Shown here piece by piece: positions 19,169-28,686 of a DNA stretch of 64,000 nt. A program made the position numbers and the translations under genes. Position 1 is the stretch's first letter; every line of letters begins with the position of its first letter. This DNA comes from Spirochaetales bacterium (GTDB lineage: Bacteria; Spirochaetota; Spirochaetia; JABEVK01), in assembly GCA_947478845.1 (NCBI GenBank), contig CANJXC010000003.1:177659-241658 (forward strand), given 5' to 3'. Below the pieces are notes generated by a model that ran no database searches, had not been told where the DNA came from, and worked only from the letters and a program-made list of their open reading frames with translations.

Positions 19169-20203
19169 CTACTTGCTCACCTTGATTTCGTCGTAGGCGG
19201 CATCGTAGAGCTTCAGGTTTTCGCCCACATCACCACGGACTTCACTTTTTTTCGACAGCGAGGCCACGTCATAGCGGGGAGCTGCTTTGCGCAAAGACAT
19301 GGTTTTGGGATACAGGCCCCCTGAGTAGCCGTACTCATCGTAGATCTTGGCCAGATTCTCAGGCTTGAGGATGAAGTTAATGAAGGTATAAGCATTGTCG
19401 ACGTTTTTCGCAGACTTGAGAACCGCCATCACGTCGAGGAACATTACTCCCCCTTCTTTGGGGAAGAAGATCCCCACGTTGGCCTTGTCGGCCTCCTCCA
19501 ACTCGGCAAATTGGTTTTCGGGATAGTTCAGCGCCACCCAGATTTCCTTTTTGGCAAAGGCCGACTTGATCAGGTCATTGTCGAACTTGACGATGTTCTT
19601 CTTCCAACCGATGACGGTGGTTTTGGCCTTGGTAATTTCGTCAGCACTGGTAGAATTGGCAGAGAAACCGTTGAACTTAAGGCCTGCACCGAGAATCTCA
19701 CGGGGGTCGTCCATGAGCATGATGCGGTTGGCGTAGGCCGTGTTGTCAAGAATTGACCACGATGAACTTGCGTCGTCTACGGTGACTTTGTCTTTCCAGT
19801 ACACAATAGCCGACGAACCAATGTTGTAGGGAATGCTGAAATCGTCCTTCGGGTCCCAGGTATTCTTGGAGGCCAAGCCAGGCTCAAGGTTGGCGAGTTC
19901 AGGAATCTTGGTCGTGTCGAGTTTAAGCAGCATGTCTTTCTGAATCATGCGGGGTACGAAATCGGTGGACGGAAACACCACATCGTAGTTTGCACCACCG
20001 AGCAGTTTGGCGTACATGTCCTCGTTGCTTCCGTAGGTGTCGTATACGACCTTGATTCCCGTCTGGGCTTGGAAATCCGTGAGCACCGACTCGGGAATGT
20101 AATCTTGCCAGTTGAACACCGACAGGTCTTTCGAGATGCTCTTGGGAGCACATCCAGACAGGATCAATAGGAGCGTGATCAGGACGAAAAGGCTTTTCTT
20201 CAT
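19169..20203 (-). CDS. potD: Spermidine/putrescine ABC transporter substrate-binding lipoprotein
   Basis: Lipobox LSGC, FNWQDYI, YGSNEDMYAKL, PKEG. Confidence 0.9.
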   Translation of the reverse strand: MKKSLFVLITLLLILSGCAPKSISKDLSVFNWQDYIPESVLTDFQAQTGIKVVYDTYGSNEDMYAKLLGGANYDVVFPSTDFVPRMIQKDMLLKLDTTKIPELANLEPGLASKNTWDPKDDFSIPYNIGSSAIVYWKDKVTVDDASSSWSILDNTAYANRIMLMDDPREILGAGLKFNGFSANSTSADEITKAKTTVIGWKKNIVKFDNDLIKSAFAKKEIWVALNYPENQFAELEEADKANVGIFFPKEGGVMFLDVMAVLKSAKNVDNAYTFINFILKPENLAKIYDEYGYSGGLYPKTMSLRKAAPRYDVASLSKKSEVRGDVGENLKLYDAAYDEIKVSK

Positions 20204-20253
20204 CGGGCAATCCTTGAAACAGGAACTTGAAACCGGCAACGCCGGGATCGAAA

Positions 20254-21033
20254 TTAGGAACGCTGAACGAAATACTTAATGGAACGGCGGGCTAGGAACA
20301 GGATCAACACCGTAACCCCAACGAGCACCACCGAAAAGGCGTTGATCTCGGGCGGCAACTTCCGCTTGATCTGATTGTAGATGAAGATGGGCAAGGTGTC
20401 CGAACCTGAGCCAGTGACAAAGAAGGTCACTACGAAATCTTCCAACGACAAGGTGAACGCCGTGATGAAGCCCGCGAGGATGCCCGGCACAGAAATGGGC
20501 AAAATCACCTTGGTCAGAGTCTGGTTCTCATTGGCCCCCAGGTCGCGCGCGGCCTCGATAATGGAATAATCAAACTCGCCGAGACGCGCCATCACCATGA
20601 GCAAGACAAAAGGAATAGTGAACGAAATGTGCGCCAGAATGATGGTGAATAGGTTCAGCTCCAACCCCAGCATACGGAAAAAGATCAGGAGCGACACGCC
20701 GATGATGATTTCCGGAAGAATCAGCGGCAGGAAACTCATGGCGCGCACGTAGGTCTTGGCCTTGAACCGGTACCAATTGATGGCAATAGCTCCCAGGGTT
20801 CCTATCACCGTCGCCACTGTAGAGGCGGTGAAAGCCACAATAAGGGTATTGCTTACGGCCATCCACAGGCGTGGTTGGTTGGTGAAAAGGCTTTCGTACC
20901 AACGCCAGGAAAAGCCCTTCCACACCATGGTGCGACCATCGTTGAACGAAAAAATCATGAGGACAACGAGGGGCAGGAACAAAAAAGCGATGGTTGTCCA
21001 GAAAATCGAGCGAGAAAGCGTCGGCTTGGTCAC
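20254..21033 (-). CDS. potC: Polyamine ABC transporter permease
   Basis: FSFN, EAARDLGA, FTLSLEDF, PEINA. Confidence 0.9.
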   Translation of the reverse strand: MTKPTLSRSIFWTTIAFLFLPLVVLMIFSFNDGRTMVWKGFSWRWYESLFTNQPRLWMAVSNTLIVAFTASTVATVIGTLGAIAINWYRFKAKTYVRAMSFLPLILPEIIIGVSLLIFFRMLGLELNLFTIILAHISFTIPFVLLMVMARLGEFDYSIIEAARDLGANENQTLTKVILPISVPGILAGFITAFTLSLEDFVVTFFVTGSGSDTLPIFIYNQIKRKLPPEINAFSVVLVGVTVLILFLARRSIKYFVQRS

Positions 21034-21911
21034 AATTCATCCTCTGCTATCACAACTTGGTGCTGCTGTTCCTGCCGATTATTGTACACGGTATACACCA
21101 CCAGGCCGGCCGCCGAAAGCAGGAGGATGAGCACCGAAAGAGAGCAGGCCATCGGGTAGTCACCGGTGAACTTGAGCTTGCTGGTGATGAGCTGGCCTAG
21201 CATGAAGACATTGGAGTTTCCCATCACGTCGGGAACCGCAAAAGTCCCGAAGATGGGGATAAAGGTGAACAAGACAGCCGTGACCAGTCCGCCGCGAATA
21301 TTGGGCAACAGCACCGACCACAACGACCGGTTGTGGCTGGCCCCCAGGTCGCGGGCCGCTTCCAGCAGGCCGAAGTCGAACTTCTCAATGGTAGTGAACA
21401 GCGGCAGAATGGCAAACGGCAGGTTGGTGTACACCAATACCACCAGCACTGCGTAATCGTTGAACAAGAACTGTATAGGCTCCTTCAGGACCCCCATCGC
21501 GAGTAATGACTCGTTCAAGATGCCCGACTGACCCAAAATGGCCACCCAAGCGTAGATGCGGATCATGAAATTGACCCAGAAGGGAATGATCACCAAAAAC
21601 AGCAGCAAAGTGTTGTTCTTGCTGCGCGCGATGTAGTAGGCGCAGGGAAGGGCGATCAGGATGGTGAGGAGGGTCGCCGACACCGCCATGATGAGGGTGT
21701 ACCCAACAATGTCGAGATAGATGAAGCTCCCGCTGGCGGTCTGCCTAAAAATCTCGGCGTAGGCGGAGAGGTCAAACTCCCACCGCACCCCGCCCCCGGT
21801 CTCACGGGCCAAAAAACTGTAAACGAAAACGATCAGCATGGGGACCAGGAAGAAGAGGCTGATCCAGGTGGTCAGGGGGAGCGAATACAGGGAGCCTGAC
21901 CGGCTTTTCAT
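21030..21911 (-). CDS. potB: Polyamine ABC transporter permease
   Basis: IPFWVNFMIRIYAW, LPFAILP, EAARDLGA. Confidence 0.9.
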   Translation of the reverse strand: MKSRSGSLYSLPLTTWISLFFLVPMLIVFVYSFLARETGGGVRWEFDLSAYAEIFRQTASGSFIYLDIVGYTLIMAVSATLLTILIALPCAYYIARSKNNTLLLFLVIIPFWVNFMIRIYAWVAILGQSGILNESLLAMGVLKEPIQFLFNDYAVLVVLVYTNLPFAILPLFTTIEKFDFGLLEAARDLGASHNRSLWSVLLPNIRGGLVTAVLFTFIPIFGTFAVPDVMGNSNVFMLGQLITSKLKFTGDYPMACSLSVLILLLSAAGLVVYTVYNNRQEQQHQVVIAEDEL

Positions 21912-23011
21912 ATCAACTCCACGATGTAGCCGTCGTCGGCGTCCCAGTTGAGGTACACCTCATCGGTCCAGCGGATGGCGGGGCCACGCTCCAAGTAACT
22001 CTCGTGTTGTTGGTACACTTTGAACTGCGGGCTCTCGTCGGTTTCGACGTAAAACTGGCTCTGGAAGCCGGAGTAGACGGTCTCGGAAACTTTACCGTGG
22101 AAGATGTTGAAGTCTTCGGGCAGGCCCAACGGCTTTTCTTTGGTGATGTCGATCTTCTCCGGGCGGATGGCGTGTCTTACCCGGTGGCCCACCTCAAAAT
22201 ACCGGTCGCTGGTCACCATGATGGGTCCCAACGAGTCGGTGTCAATGGTGTAACGGTTGTCAACGTGGGCGGTGATTACCCCGTCCATGACGTTGGTTTC
22301 GCCGATGAACTTGGCCACAAAGGTGTCGGCTGGAGCTTCGTAGATCTCGAACGGGGTGCCAATTTGCAGCACCCGGCCTTCATTCATCACAGCGATACGG
22401 TCGGAAACTGAAAGGGCCTCAGACTGGTCGTGGGTCACATAGATGAAGGTGATTCCTATTTTGTCGTGAATCAGGTCGAGGTCAACGAGCAGTTGATGGC
22501 GGAGTTTAGCGTCAAGAGCCGAAAGGGGTTCGTCGAGCAGGAGCACCGAGGGCTCGTTGATGAGGGCCCTGGCGATGGCTACCCGTTGCTTCTGCCCTCC
22601 CGACAACTGGTTGGGCTTCTTGTTTTCGTGCCCCACCAGATGCACCAACTGCAGGTAATGGGTGACCTTTTCTTGGATATCCGCCTTGAGAAGCTTCTTC
22701 AGTCGAAGGGGGAAGGCGATATTTTCAAAAACCGTCAGGTGCGGAAAAAGCGCGTAGTTCTGGAAAACCGTGTTGACGTGACGCTCGTTGGGGGCTAAAG
22801 GAAGCACATCGGTCGTATCGAGGAAAACCGACCCGCTCGAGGGGTCTTCAAAGCCAGCGATAATCCGCAGGAGCGTTGTCTTTCCACAGCCAGAGGGGCC
22901 CAAGAGCGAGAAAAACTCCCCCTTGCCGATGGTCAGGCTCACGTTTTTTAAGGCATGAAAATCCCCAAACTTCTTGTCAGCGTTTTCGACACGGACTTCG
23001 CTACCTTTCAT
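21908..23011 (-). CDS. potA: Polyamine ABC transporter ATPase
   Basis: GPSGCGKT, VNTVFQNYALFPH, LSGGQ, LLLDEP, TOBE tail. Upstream TTGACA-N18-CACATT-N6-ATG. Confidence 0.92.
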   Translation of the reverse strand: MKGSEVRVENADKKFGDFHALKNVSLTIGKGEFFSLLGPSGCGKTTLLRIIAGFEDPSSGSVFLDTTDVLPLAPNERHVNTVFQNYALFPHLTVFENIAFPLRLKKLLKADIQEKVTHYLQLVHLVGHENKKPNQLSGGQKQRVAIARALINEPSVLLLDEPLSALDAKLRHQLLVDLDLIHDKIGITFIYVTHDQSEALSVSDRIAVMNEGRVLQIGTPFEIYEAPADTFVAKFIGETNVMDGVITAHVDNRYTIDTDSLGPIMVTSDRYFEVGHRVRHAIRPEKIDITKEKPLGLPEDFNIFHGKVSETVYSGFQSQFYVETDESPQFKVYQQHESYLERGPAIRWTDEVYLNWDADDGYIVELI

Positions 23012-23127
23012 TTGGGAAATGTGAGGTCAAACGCCGCCAAGTGTCAAGAAGAAGTCCTTCCATGGGCAGAAAAAAGCCACGGGAGTCCGTCGTCCGCTTG
23101 GACATTTTAGAGGCTGCGGTTCCCACC

Positions 23128-24312
23128 TCAAACCGACAGCGCCTGCAGAATATCTCTAAGGACGTCTTGGGGATGTTCCAGCCCCACCGAAATCCGGACA
23201 AGTCCGGGTGTGATTCTCACCGCCAGTCGTTCGGCTTCCGAGAGCTTGGAATGGGTGGTCGAGGCGGGGTGTGTCGCGGTGCTCCGGCTGTCGCCTAGGT
23301 TGGCAGTGAGGCTGAGCATCTCGAGGTGGTCGAGGAACTTGCGCCCCGCTTCGAGTCCTCCCTTAAGTTCCAATGTCAACATTCCGCCTCCACGACGCAT
23401 CTGTCGCTTGGCCAGAGCCACTTGCGGATGACTGGCCAGAAAGGGGTATGTCAACGCTGCGAGAGCCTTGTGATTCTTCAACTCGTTGGCGAGGAACTCG
23501 GCGTTGTCGCAGTGGCGGTCCATGCGCACGGCCAGAGTTTCCAGGCTTTTGGAAAACAACCAACCGTTGAAGGGGGAAAGAGCAGGTCCAGTTTGCCGCA
23601 CAAAAAAACGGATCTTCTCAATCAAAGCGGCGCTTCCCAAGATGACCCCACCCAAGCCCCGGCCTTGGCCGTCGATGTACTTGGTGGCTGTGTGCACGAC
23701 CAAACTGGCACCCAGTTTTAGAGGATTCTGGAGGTAAGGCGTGGCGAACCCGTTGTCTACCACGAGGATCAAGTTTTTCTCTCGGCACAACTGAGACAGG
23801 AACTCAAGATCGACCAAATCGAGGCCCGGGTTTGTGGGGGTTTCCACGTAGACGAGCCTAGTGGCGGGGGTAACGAGTTTTTCCCAGCTCTCGGGAGCAA
23901 GTAAATCGAAGAAGGTCGTGGTGATGCCGAAACGGGGTAGAATTGTGGAAAAAAGTTGATAGGTGGAGCCAAACAGCGACCTGCCAGCCAGAATATGATC
24001 GCCTGCCGACAAGGTGCCTGCCAGAGCGCCGTAAACGGCGGCCATGCCGCTGGCGGTGGCCACCCCGTCCTCGGCCCCTTCCAAGACGACCATCTTATCA
24101 ACAAACTCATCGTTGGACGGGTTGTCGTAGCGGCTGTAAATCAGCCCCGCTTTTTCGTTGGCAAAAATGGCTCGGGCGTCCTCGGCATCATCAAACAAGT
24201 AACTCGAGGTCATGTAGATGGGAGCGGCGTGTTCGCGGTGAGGAGAGCGTTCCGATTGCGTGCGAATGGCCTGAGTCTCAAAATTGTCGGAAGGGTAAGG
24301 ATTCTTATGCAT
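23128..24312 (-). CDS. metZ: O-succinylhomoserine sulfhydrylase / trans-sulfuration PLP enzyme
   Basis: YSRYDNP, ASGMAA, ETPTNP, HTATKYIDGQGR, ANLGD..ST.THPASTTH. Confidence 0.8.
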   Translation of the reverse strand: MHKNPYPSDNFETQAIRTQSERSPHREHAAPIYMTSSYLFDDAEDARAIFANEKAGLIYSRYDNPSNDEFVDKMVVLEGAEDGVATASGMAAVYGALAGTLSAGDHILAGRSLFGSTYQLFSTILPRFGITTTFFDLLAPESWEKLVTPATRLVYVETPTNPGLDLVDLEFLSQLCREKNLILVVDNGFATPYLQNPLKLGASLVVHTATKYIDGQGRGLGGVILGSAALIEKIRFFVRQTGPALSPFNGWLFSKSLETLAVRMDRHCDNAEFLANELKNHKALAALTYPFLASHPQVALAKRQMRRGGGMLTLELKGGLEAGRKFLDHLEMLSLTANLGDSRSTATHPASTTHSKLSEAERLAVRITPGLVRISVGLEHPQDVLRDILQALSV

Positions 24313-24724
24313 GCTTCACCTCCCAGCTGAAGGTGATCTTGGCTGTCGCTTCGAGGGTTTTTGCCACTGAGCAATACTTTTCCATCGACCGTTTCACGGC
24401 AAACTCGGCCTTGCTGTCTTCGATGGCGCCGGTAAGCAAAAAATGCACATGGATGGTTTCGAAAAGGGAGGGCTCCACCCCAGGGGTCCGGTGCCCCTCG
24501 ATGTTCACTTCAATATCGTCGAGTTTCTGCTTGCTCCGTTCGAGTATGGTGACAACGTCGATGGAAGCGCAGCCGCCGAGGGCGCCAAGCAGAGTCTGCA
24601 TGGGCCGAAAACCGCGACCGGTACCGCCGATGTCGGGGCTGGCGTCCAAAGTGAGGGTGTTGCCCTCCTCGTTGGAGGCCTGCAGAAAATAGGGCGCTTC
24701 GAGCCGCTTCACCGTGATCTTCAT
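24305..24724 (-). CDS. OsmC/YhfA family protein
   Basis: GFRPMQ.LL.ALGGC..IDV and KYCSV cysteine pair. Confidence 0.88.
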   Translation of the reverse strand: MKITVKRLEAPYFLQASNEEGNTLTLDASPDIGGTGRGFRPMQTLLGALGGCASIDVVTILERSKQKLDDIEVNIEGHRTPGVEPSLFETIHVHFLLTGAIEDSKAEFAVKRSMEKYCSVAKTLEATAKITFSWEVKHA

Positions 24725-24729
24725 GATAC

Positions 24730-25989
24730 CTACACTAGCCGGAAATCCGTGGGTTTCGCAATCGTACCTGCCACCCAGCCGGTAGACCAGCAAAGTTGCA
24801 GGCTGAAGCCGCCTGAGGGTCGATTGATATCCAAAAGATCACCGGTGACAAACAAGTTCTTGAGTCGCTTGCTCTCCATGGTACGGAAATCGACTTCGTC
24901 GAGGTGCAGGCCTCCTGAACTGACAACGGCCCGGGACTCGTCCATCAGGCTCTTGAAGGTGAGTGGGAACTCCTGAAGGTTCTTGCGCACCGCCTGCCGT
25001 TCTTCGCGGGTCAACTGATTGAGGGGCTTTTCCGGGTCTGCCTTTGACGCCTCGATCACCTTGGCCATCAACCGCGGAGGCGCCATTCCTGCCAGACCAT
25101 TCTTAAGTTTTTTTCCAGGTGCCGAGGCAATCCGCTCCTGCAGGTCGCGGTCGAGTTCCTCGGCGGTGAGCTCGGGACGGAAGTTCAGCCGCAACTCAAG
25201 TTCCCCTTGGCGCGAAGTCTTTTGACGAAGACTCGAGAGCTCGGAAGCCATGTTGAGCACCAAGGGCCCCGAAAGTCCAAAGTGTGTGATCAGGAACTTT
25301 CCATTCCGTGCCAAATGCTTCTCTCCCGCCACCCAAGCCTCAAGGCGGCCTTGAGCGAAGCTCAGCCCTTGCAGTTCACCAATCCACCGTTCTTTCACTG
25401 CGACAGGTACCAGCGAAGGCTCGGGAAATCTCACCCGATGTCCGAGTTCGCTCAACCATCCAAAACCATCTCCGGTGGAGCCTGTTTCCGGGTGGGAGGT
25501 GCCTCCCGTAGCCAAAACGATCCTGTCTCCCTTGAGCAATCTGCCACCGACAAGGACTCCCGCGATTCGGCCCTCGGACGCCTGAAGACCGGTAACTTGG
25601 GCGGACAACTGGACGGTGACTTTTTGCCGCTTAAGCTCGTCAACCAGCACGCGGAGCACCGACTCGGCCCGGTTGTCCGCCGGAAAGGCCCGCTGATTGT
25701 CTTCTATGTGGTAGGGCATGCCTCGGCTGGCAAACCATTGGAGGCAGTGCTGGGAATCAAACTTGGTGAACGGAGACAAAAGCGCTCGGAATGCCTCCCC
25801 GTAAAGGGAAGCTAGGGTGCGAACATCGGCCTCGGCGTTGGTGAAATTGCAGCGTCCACCCCCGGAGATGCGCAGTTTTTCGCCCAGCGCCGCATTTTTC
25901 TCCAACAAAGTGACCCTGGCCCCGCACTCAGCCGAGCGGAGCGCGGCCATCATGCCGGCGGGTCCCCCGCCAACGACAATCACGTGCAT
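24730..25989 (-). CDS. HI0933/YhiN/BaiN-family flavoprotein
   Basis: GGGPAGMMAA, ISGGGRCNFTN, ATGG, GSTGDG, GGFSLQ. Confidence 0.9.
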   Translation of the reverse strand: MHVIVVGGGPAGMMAALRSAECGARVTLLEKNAALGEKLRISGGGRCNFTNAEADVRTLASLYGEAFRALLSPFTKFDSQHCLQWFASRGMPYHIEDNQRAFPADNRAESVLRVLVDELKRQKVTVQLSAQVTGLQASEGRIAGVLVGGRLLKGDRIVLATGGTSHPETGSTGDGFGWLSELGHRVRFPEPSLVPVAVKERWIGELQGLSFAQGRLEAWVAGEKHLARNGKFLITHFGLSGPLVLNMASELSSLRQKTSRQGELELRLNFRPELTAEELDRDLQERIASAPGKKLKNGLAGMAPPRLMAKVIEASKADPEKPLNQLTREERQAVRKNLQEFPLTFKSLMDESRAVVSSGGLHLDEVDFRTMESKRLKNLFVTGDLLDINRPSGGFSLQLCWSTGWVAGTIAKPTDFRLV

Positions 25990-26015
25990 GACAAGAGTCT
26001 AGCCGATTGACGAGC

Positions 26016-26044
26016 TTGAAAAAAGGCGGGGTGGGGACTAGGGT
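26016..26044 (+). promoter_or_regulatory. sigma70 promoter, probably leaderless
   Basis: TTGAAA-N17-TAGGGT-N6-ATG(26051). Confidence 0.65.
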
Positions 26045-26050
26045 GAAGGT

Positions 26051-27376
26051 ATGGATCTCAATCAACTGCACCGTGAAACCTTGCTCCCCCTCGATACCGT
26101 AAAGGGTCGGTGGAAAACCCTGGGCTCCCTTTCGCCCGCCGCGCGCAGGGTGCTCGACTCCGGTGCTCTAGCCGCCGCCTGGAAAGTCACCCCTCAGGAC
26201 GCCCTCAGCTTCCTTTGGAGTTGTGCGGCACTCGGCGGTATCAACGTGCGGTGGCAAACGGTGGCCCCCAAGTCGGGTTGGGTAACTCAGGAGTCTTCCA
26301 CTCCCCAAACTTCTTCGGGGCGTGTAGTTCTTTCCTTTGGTGACGACGAGTACTCTGGCTCCTGGGAGGCCTATGCCGACCTCCGTCAGGTTAACGCCAA
26401 GCCCCGAGCCCCCTCCTGGTTCAAGACTCTTCAACCCGGCGAAGTTGGCCGCCTTGATATTGAGGTTGTGGAAGGCGAAAGCTACGAGGTGATCTGCCTC
26501 GAAAACGGCGCTTCGATGACCCTAACCGTCGATACGGCCAAGATCACCGGTGGTCGCAGTTTCATAGGAAAAATGAAGCAATATCGGGCACAAAAGTTTT
26601 TGCTTGGCCTCCAAGGGCGAGTTATCGACCTGCGAGTGACCAGCGAGGGTTTTGAGAGCGAGCAGGCCCTCATCGCCCCTGGTAACCTCGTGTATTGGCT
26701 CGAAAACCTCACCGATGGTCCGGTAGCCGTGCAGATCTGGAAGGCCGCAGTTCCGAAGTTGGCGGTTGTTTCTTGGCACGACGAGTTGAAGCAGAGCGTT
26801 GGTTTGGTGGGATTCCGGCGCTACTGGTCAACCTTGAAACTCGCAAATGGCTTCCAGCGACCCGTCGACGGGGTGTGCTTACTCACTTTGGATTTCACGA
26901 GTACGGGGAGCTTTTCCAGCGGCGATGATGCGCAGTTGTACGCCGAACTGGAAGCGTTGTCGCTGGCGTTGACGGTGATCATAGAAAAACACTCGGGTTC
27001 CCTGGTGGCACGTTTCGGGTTGACCTTGACCGCTGCTCTTCCTTCCGCTCTCCATGCCTTGGAAGTCGCGGTGGCAGCCCGGCGGGGCAAGGGCAATCTG
27101 GTACCCTGCCTCACCCTTTCTGCCGGCAGGGTTCTCCTGACCGACTTCCAGGGCGTTCCCTCGCTTTTCGGAGCCCCGTTGCACAGGGCACGGCTGCTCG
27201 AAGCAAAGGGCGAAACCGGCGAACTTTGGCTCGCTGAGGGCTTTCACCAACTCGAAGGTGTATCAGAGCGCTTGATCGAGTTGGGATTAGCCGGTGAAAG
27301 TCAGATGGTGCGGCTGGGTACTGGCCAGGAAACTCAAGCCTACCGGATTGCGTCGTCGGGAACTTCCCCGGCCTGA
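26051..27376 (+). CDS. DUF5939-like protein with a degenerate class III nucleotide cyclase domain
   Basis: LAAAWKV..QDALSFLW.CAALG..NVRW N-domain. C-terminal cyclase-like pattern IIEKHSGSLVARFG ... LFGAPLHRA. Confidence 0.6.
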   Translation: MDLNQLHRETLLPLDTVKGRWKTLGSLSPAARRVLDSGALAAAWKVTPQDALSFLWSCAALGGINVRWQTVAPKSGWVTQESSTPQTSSGRVVLSFGDDEYSGSWEAYADLRQVNAKPRAPSWFKTLQPGEVGRLDIEVVEGESYEVICLENGASMTLTVDTAKITGGRSFIGKMKQYRAQKFLLGLQGRVIDLRVTSEGFESEQALIAPGNLVYWLENLTDGPVAVQIWKAAVPKLAVVSWHDELKQSVGLVGFRRYWSTLKLANGFQRPVDGVCLLTLDFTSTGSFSSGDDAQLYAELEALSLALTVIIEKHSGSLVARFGLTLTAALPSALHALEVAVAARRGKGNLVPCLTLSAGRVLLTDFQGVPSLFGAPLHRARLLEAKGETGELWLAEGFHQLEGVSERLIELGLAGESQMVRLGTGQETQAYRIASSGTSPA

Positions 27377-28185
27377 TACCGCTTCAGAAAAGTGTCGTAA
27401 GCCTTCATTAAAGTTCTCACCACAGGGGAAAGGGCCACGGGTTTGTCGTCGATGAGAGCTAAAGGCATCACCTTGGTAGAAGTTGATGTTAAAAAAACGC
27501 CCGACCAGTGAGAAAGTTCCAAGGCGGGTAGTGGCCTTTCCAGTAGCTCAATGCCCATTTCACGAATCACGTGTTGCACCGTCAACTTCGTTACCCCTTC
27601 GAGCACCTCGGAGGCAGGTGGGGTAAAGATGCGGTGGCCGTCGGTAACAAAAAGGTTGGTGCGGGTCCCTTCGGTGGCTTCCCCTCGGCGGTTCACTAAA
27701 AGCGCATCGTAGGAGCCCCTATTTTTGGCTTCCCGGTAAGCGAGGAAGCTGGTCAGCATGTTGAGGCTTTTGGCCTGAGGGTATAAACGTTCACCTTCCC
27801 AAGTGATGGCGGACCCTCCCTGACTGTAATTTTTGCGGTCGGGGAACAGCGGGTTGAGGCACATGAGGTAAAGCCGGGCCTCGCTTGTGGTGTTTCCCCC
27901 GATCAGAAGAGCCTTCAAGTTGGCATCGCTCACGCCATTGGCGGCCACGAGAGCCTGCACAAAGCGGGCAAAATCTCCCGTCTTCCAGGGGTGTTCTAAA
28001 TGCAGTATCGCTGCACTATGCCATAACCGCTGCTCGTGTAAGGGCGCAAAGTGCACCACTCCCGCCCGCACCTTCAAGGTTTCGTACACGCCAAACCCGT
28101 AGGCAAACGCGAGGTCGTCGGCCCCAATTGTTGCCTCCCCGAGGGGTTTCAGCTCACCATTGAGGGAAAACCAGGGCCCATTCAC
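27340..28185 (-). CDS. Class IV PLP aminotransferase (IlvE/PabC/D-amino-acid transaminase-like)
   Basis: YGFGVYET, H.QRL..SA, AKSLN, EGT.TNLF, LEGVT. Confidence 0.88.
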   Translation of the reverse strand: MNGPWFSLNGELKPLGEATIGADDLAFAYGFGVYETLKVRAGVVHFAPLHEQRLWHSAAILHLEHPWKTGDFARFVQALVAANGVSDANLKALLIGGNTTSEARLYLMCLNPLFPDRKNYSQGGSAITWEGERLYPQAKSLNMLTSFLAYREAKNRGSYDALLVNRRGEATEGTRTNLFVTDGHRIFTPPASEVLEGVTKLTVQHVIREMGIELLERPLPALELSHWSGVFLTSTSTKVMPLALIDDKPVALSPVVRTLMKAYDTFLKRYQAGEVPDDAIR

Positions 28186-28189
28186 CTGG

Positions 28190-28669
28190 CTATTCCGGGT
28201 AGCTCAGATTCTCGGGCTTAGGAGCCGCGACAACATCCCTTAGGTAGCGTCTGGCTTCGAACTGCGCCATCTCGAGGTTGTGGTCGCGCCAGTTGCCACA
28301 CTCGGCCGCCGAAGCTCCTGGGACTTCCCCGCGATATGCCAAGGTCCATTCGAGGAACTCCTTCACAAGGTGGACCACCTGGGCGCTGGTCAGTTGACCC
28401 TCGAGAACCATGTACAATCCCGTCCGGCAACCCATGGGTCCGAAGTACACGGTTCTGGCACCCCATTCGGCGTGCGACCGCAGAAACGTCGCCCCCATAT
28501 GCTCCAACGTGTGGATAGCAGGAATGTCGAGGACGGGCTCGTTGTTGGGCTCGGTCATGCGAAGGTCGAAGGTCGTCAAAACTGAGGCACCGAAGCGGTC
28601 GACGCGCGAAACGTACACTCCGCGCTTCAGGCGCAGGTGATCGATGCGAAAGCTGGCAATCTTTTCCAT
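28190..28669 (-). CDS. luxS: S-ribosylhomocysteine lyase
   Basis: SFRIDH, HTLEH, GPMGCRTG, CGN. Confidence 0.96.
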   Translation of the reverse strand: MEKIASFRIDHLRLKRGVYVSRVDRFGASVLTTFDLRMTEPNNEPVLDIPAIHTLEHMGATFLRSHAEWGARTVYFGPMGCRTGLYMVLEGQLTSAQVVHLVKEFLEWTLAYRGEVPGASAAECGNWRDHNLEMAQFEARRYLRDVVAAPKPENLSYPE

Positions 28670-28686
28670 GAAACTTCCTTGTGCCC

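Noticed and set aside
20213..20233. CTTGAAAC direct repeat (also near 9292 and 14831) resembling CRISPR repeat ends
   Set aside because: Only 8 bp, no regular spacers, no cas genes.
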